Shown here: one piece after another, positions 43,386 through 43,648 of the stretch
Numbering within the stretch: the stretch's first letter is position 1
Layout of the letters: each line of letters begins with the position of its first letter
NCBI GenBank assembly: GCA_964447635.1
Contig: CAYUUC010000002.1
Location: 1 to 43,648 of the forward strand
From: an uncultured Spirochaetia bacterium
GTDB taxonomy: Bacteria; Spirochaetota; UBA6919; CAYUUC01
DNA: 43,648 nt
Direction: 5' to 3'
Translations under genes and position numbers: made by a program
Notes under the pieces: generated by a model
Told to the model about the DNA's origin: nothing
Database searches by the model: none
The model's input: the letters and a program-made list of their open reading frames with translations, nothing else

Positions 43386-43648
43386 GTTTATAAGAAATTT
43401 TTTAGATTATCAACAACAATTCACTAAAGAGCGTTTAGAAATTATCATTCTATATAAGATTAATGCATTTATATGGGATACAAAATATGCAAATAAACTG
43501 ATACTAATTAATTAATAAACATTTAATATGTTTAATATGGATAAGTTAAGCTTAGATTAGAAAATATTAATAAATAATTATTGGAATATAATAACAAGAT
43601 TTTCATATATAATGTGTATTATTCGTATATAATTATAAATAAGATTAT

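Noticed and set aside
1-43648. I looked for tRNA, rRNA, CRISPR repeat arrays, transposases, integrases and long inverted or direct repeats.
   Set aside because: No cloverleaf-like GC-rich segments with a T-loop GTTCRA motif and no regularly spaced repeats. None of the ORF translations has DDE, tyrosine or serine recombinase motifs. A tRNAscan, Infernal or MinCED run would be needed to confirm this.

Overview
AT-rich (about one-third G+C by eye), densely coding bacterial chromosomal window with about 35 protein genes. I could not recognise any rRNA, tRNA, CRISPR array, transposase or integrase. All domain calls come from motifs read by eye in the supplied translations; no searches were run. 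Most genes have strong AGGAGG-type ribosome-binding sites. The gene content looks like an anaerobe: FeoAB, EtfAB plus acyl-CoA dehydrogenase, a flavodoxin-ferredoxin fusion, and a pyruvoyl arginine decarboxylase.

Left to right:
- A Tro/Znu-type metal ABC operon (binding lipoprotein, ATPase, two permeases). Both permeases carry C-terminal DtxR-like winged-helix tails.
- A small accessory patch: a hypothetical protein, a lipoprotein, and a membrane-anchored restriction-endonuclease-fold plus TPR protein.
- A CPBP protease and an EFR1-type ferredoxin.
- serC, serA and a DUF1015 gene.
- A DUF2087 protein, a LivK-like lipoprotein, a GNAT acetyltransferase and an Mrr-like endonuclease.
- rlmE, a UVR-tail protein, a bifunctional nuclease with a UVR tail, and fabH.
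- A 632-bp ORF-free AT-rich gap followed by an orphan HATPase-like protein.
- etfB, etfA and an acyl-CoA dehydrogenase, then a SAM methyltransferase.
- feoA, feoB, a small membrane protein and feoC.
- recQ.
- An ABC-2 pair whose ATPase has lost every catalytic motif.
- pdaD and speE.

The most interesting region is the three-gene cassette at 34977-43226. It encodes an NYN/LOTUS-TPR RNase-like protein, a 1399-aa tandem-cyclase STAND NTPase with TPRs, and a convergent NERD/coiled-coil/TM/TPR protein. Two diverged copies of a GC-rich structured element bracket it, and they show compensatory base changes.

A second clear signal is a 7-1-7 palindromic operator (TGAGATT-N-AATCTCA). It appears three times, 19-27 nt upstream of the start codons of the metal ABC operon, feoA and feoB.
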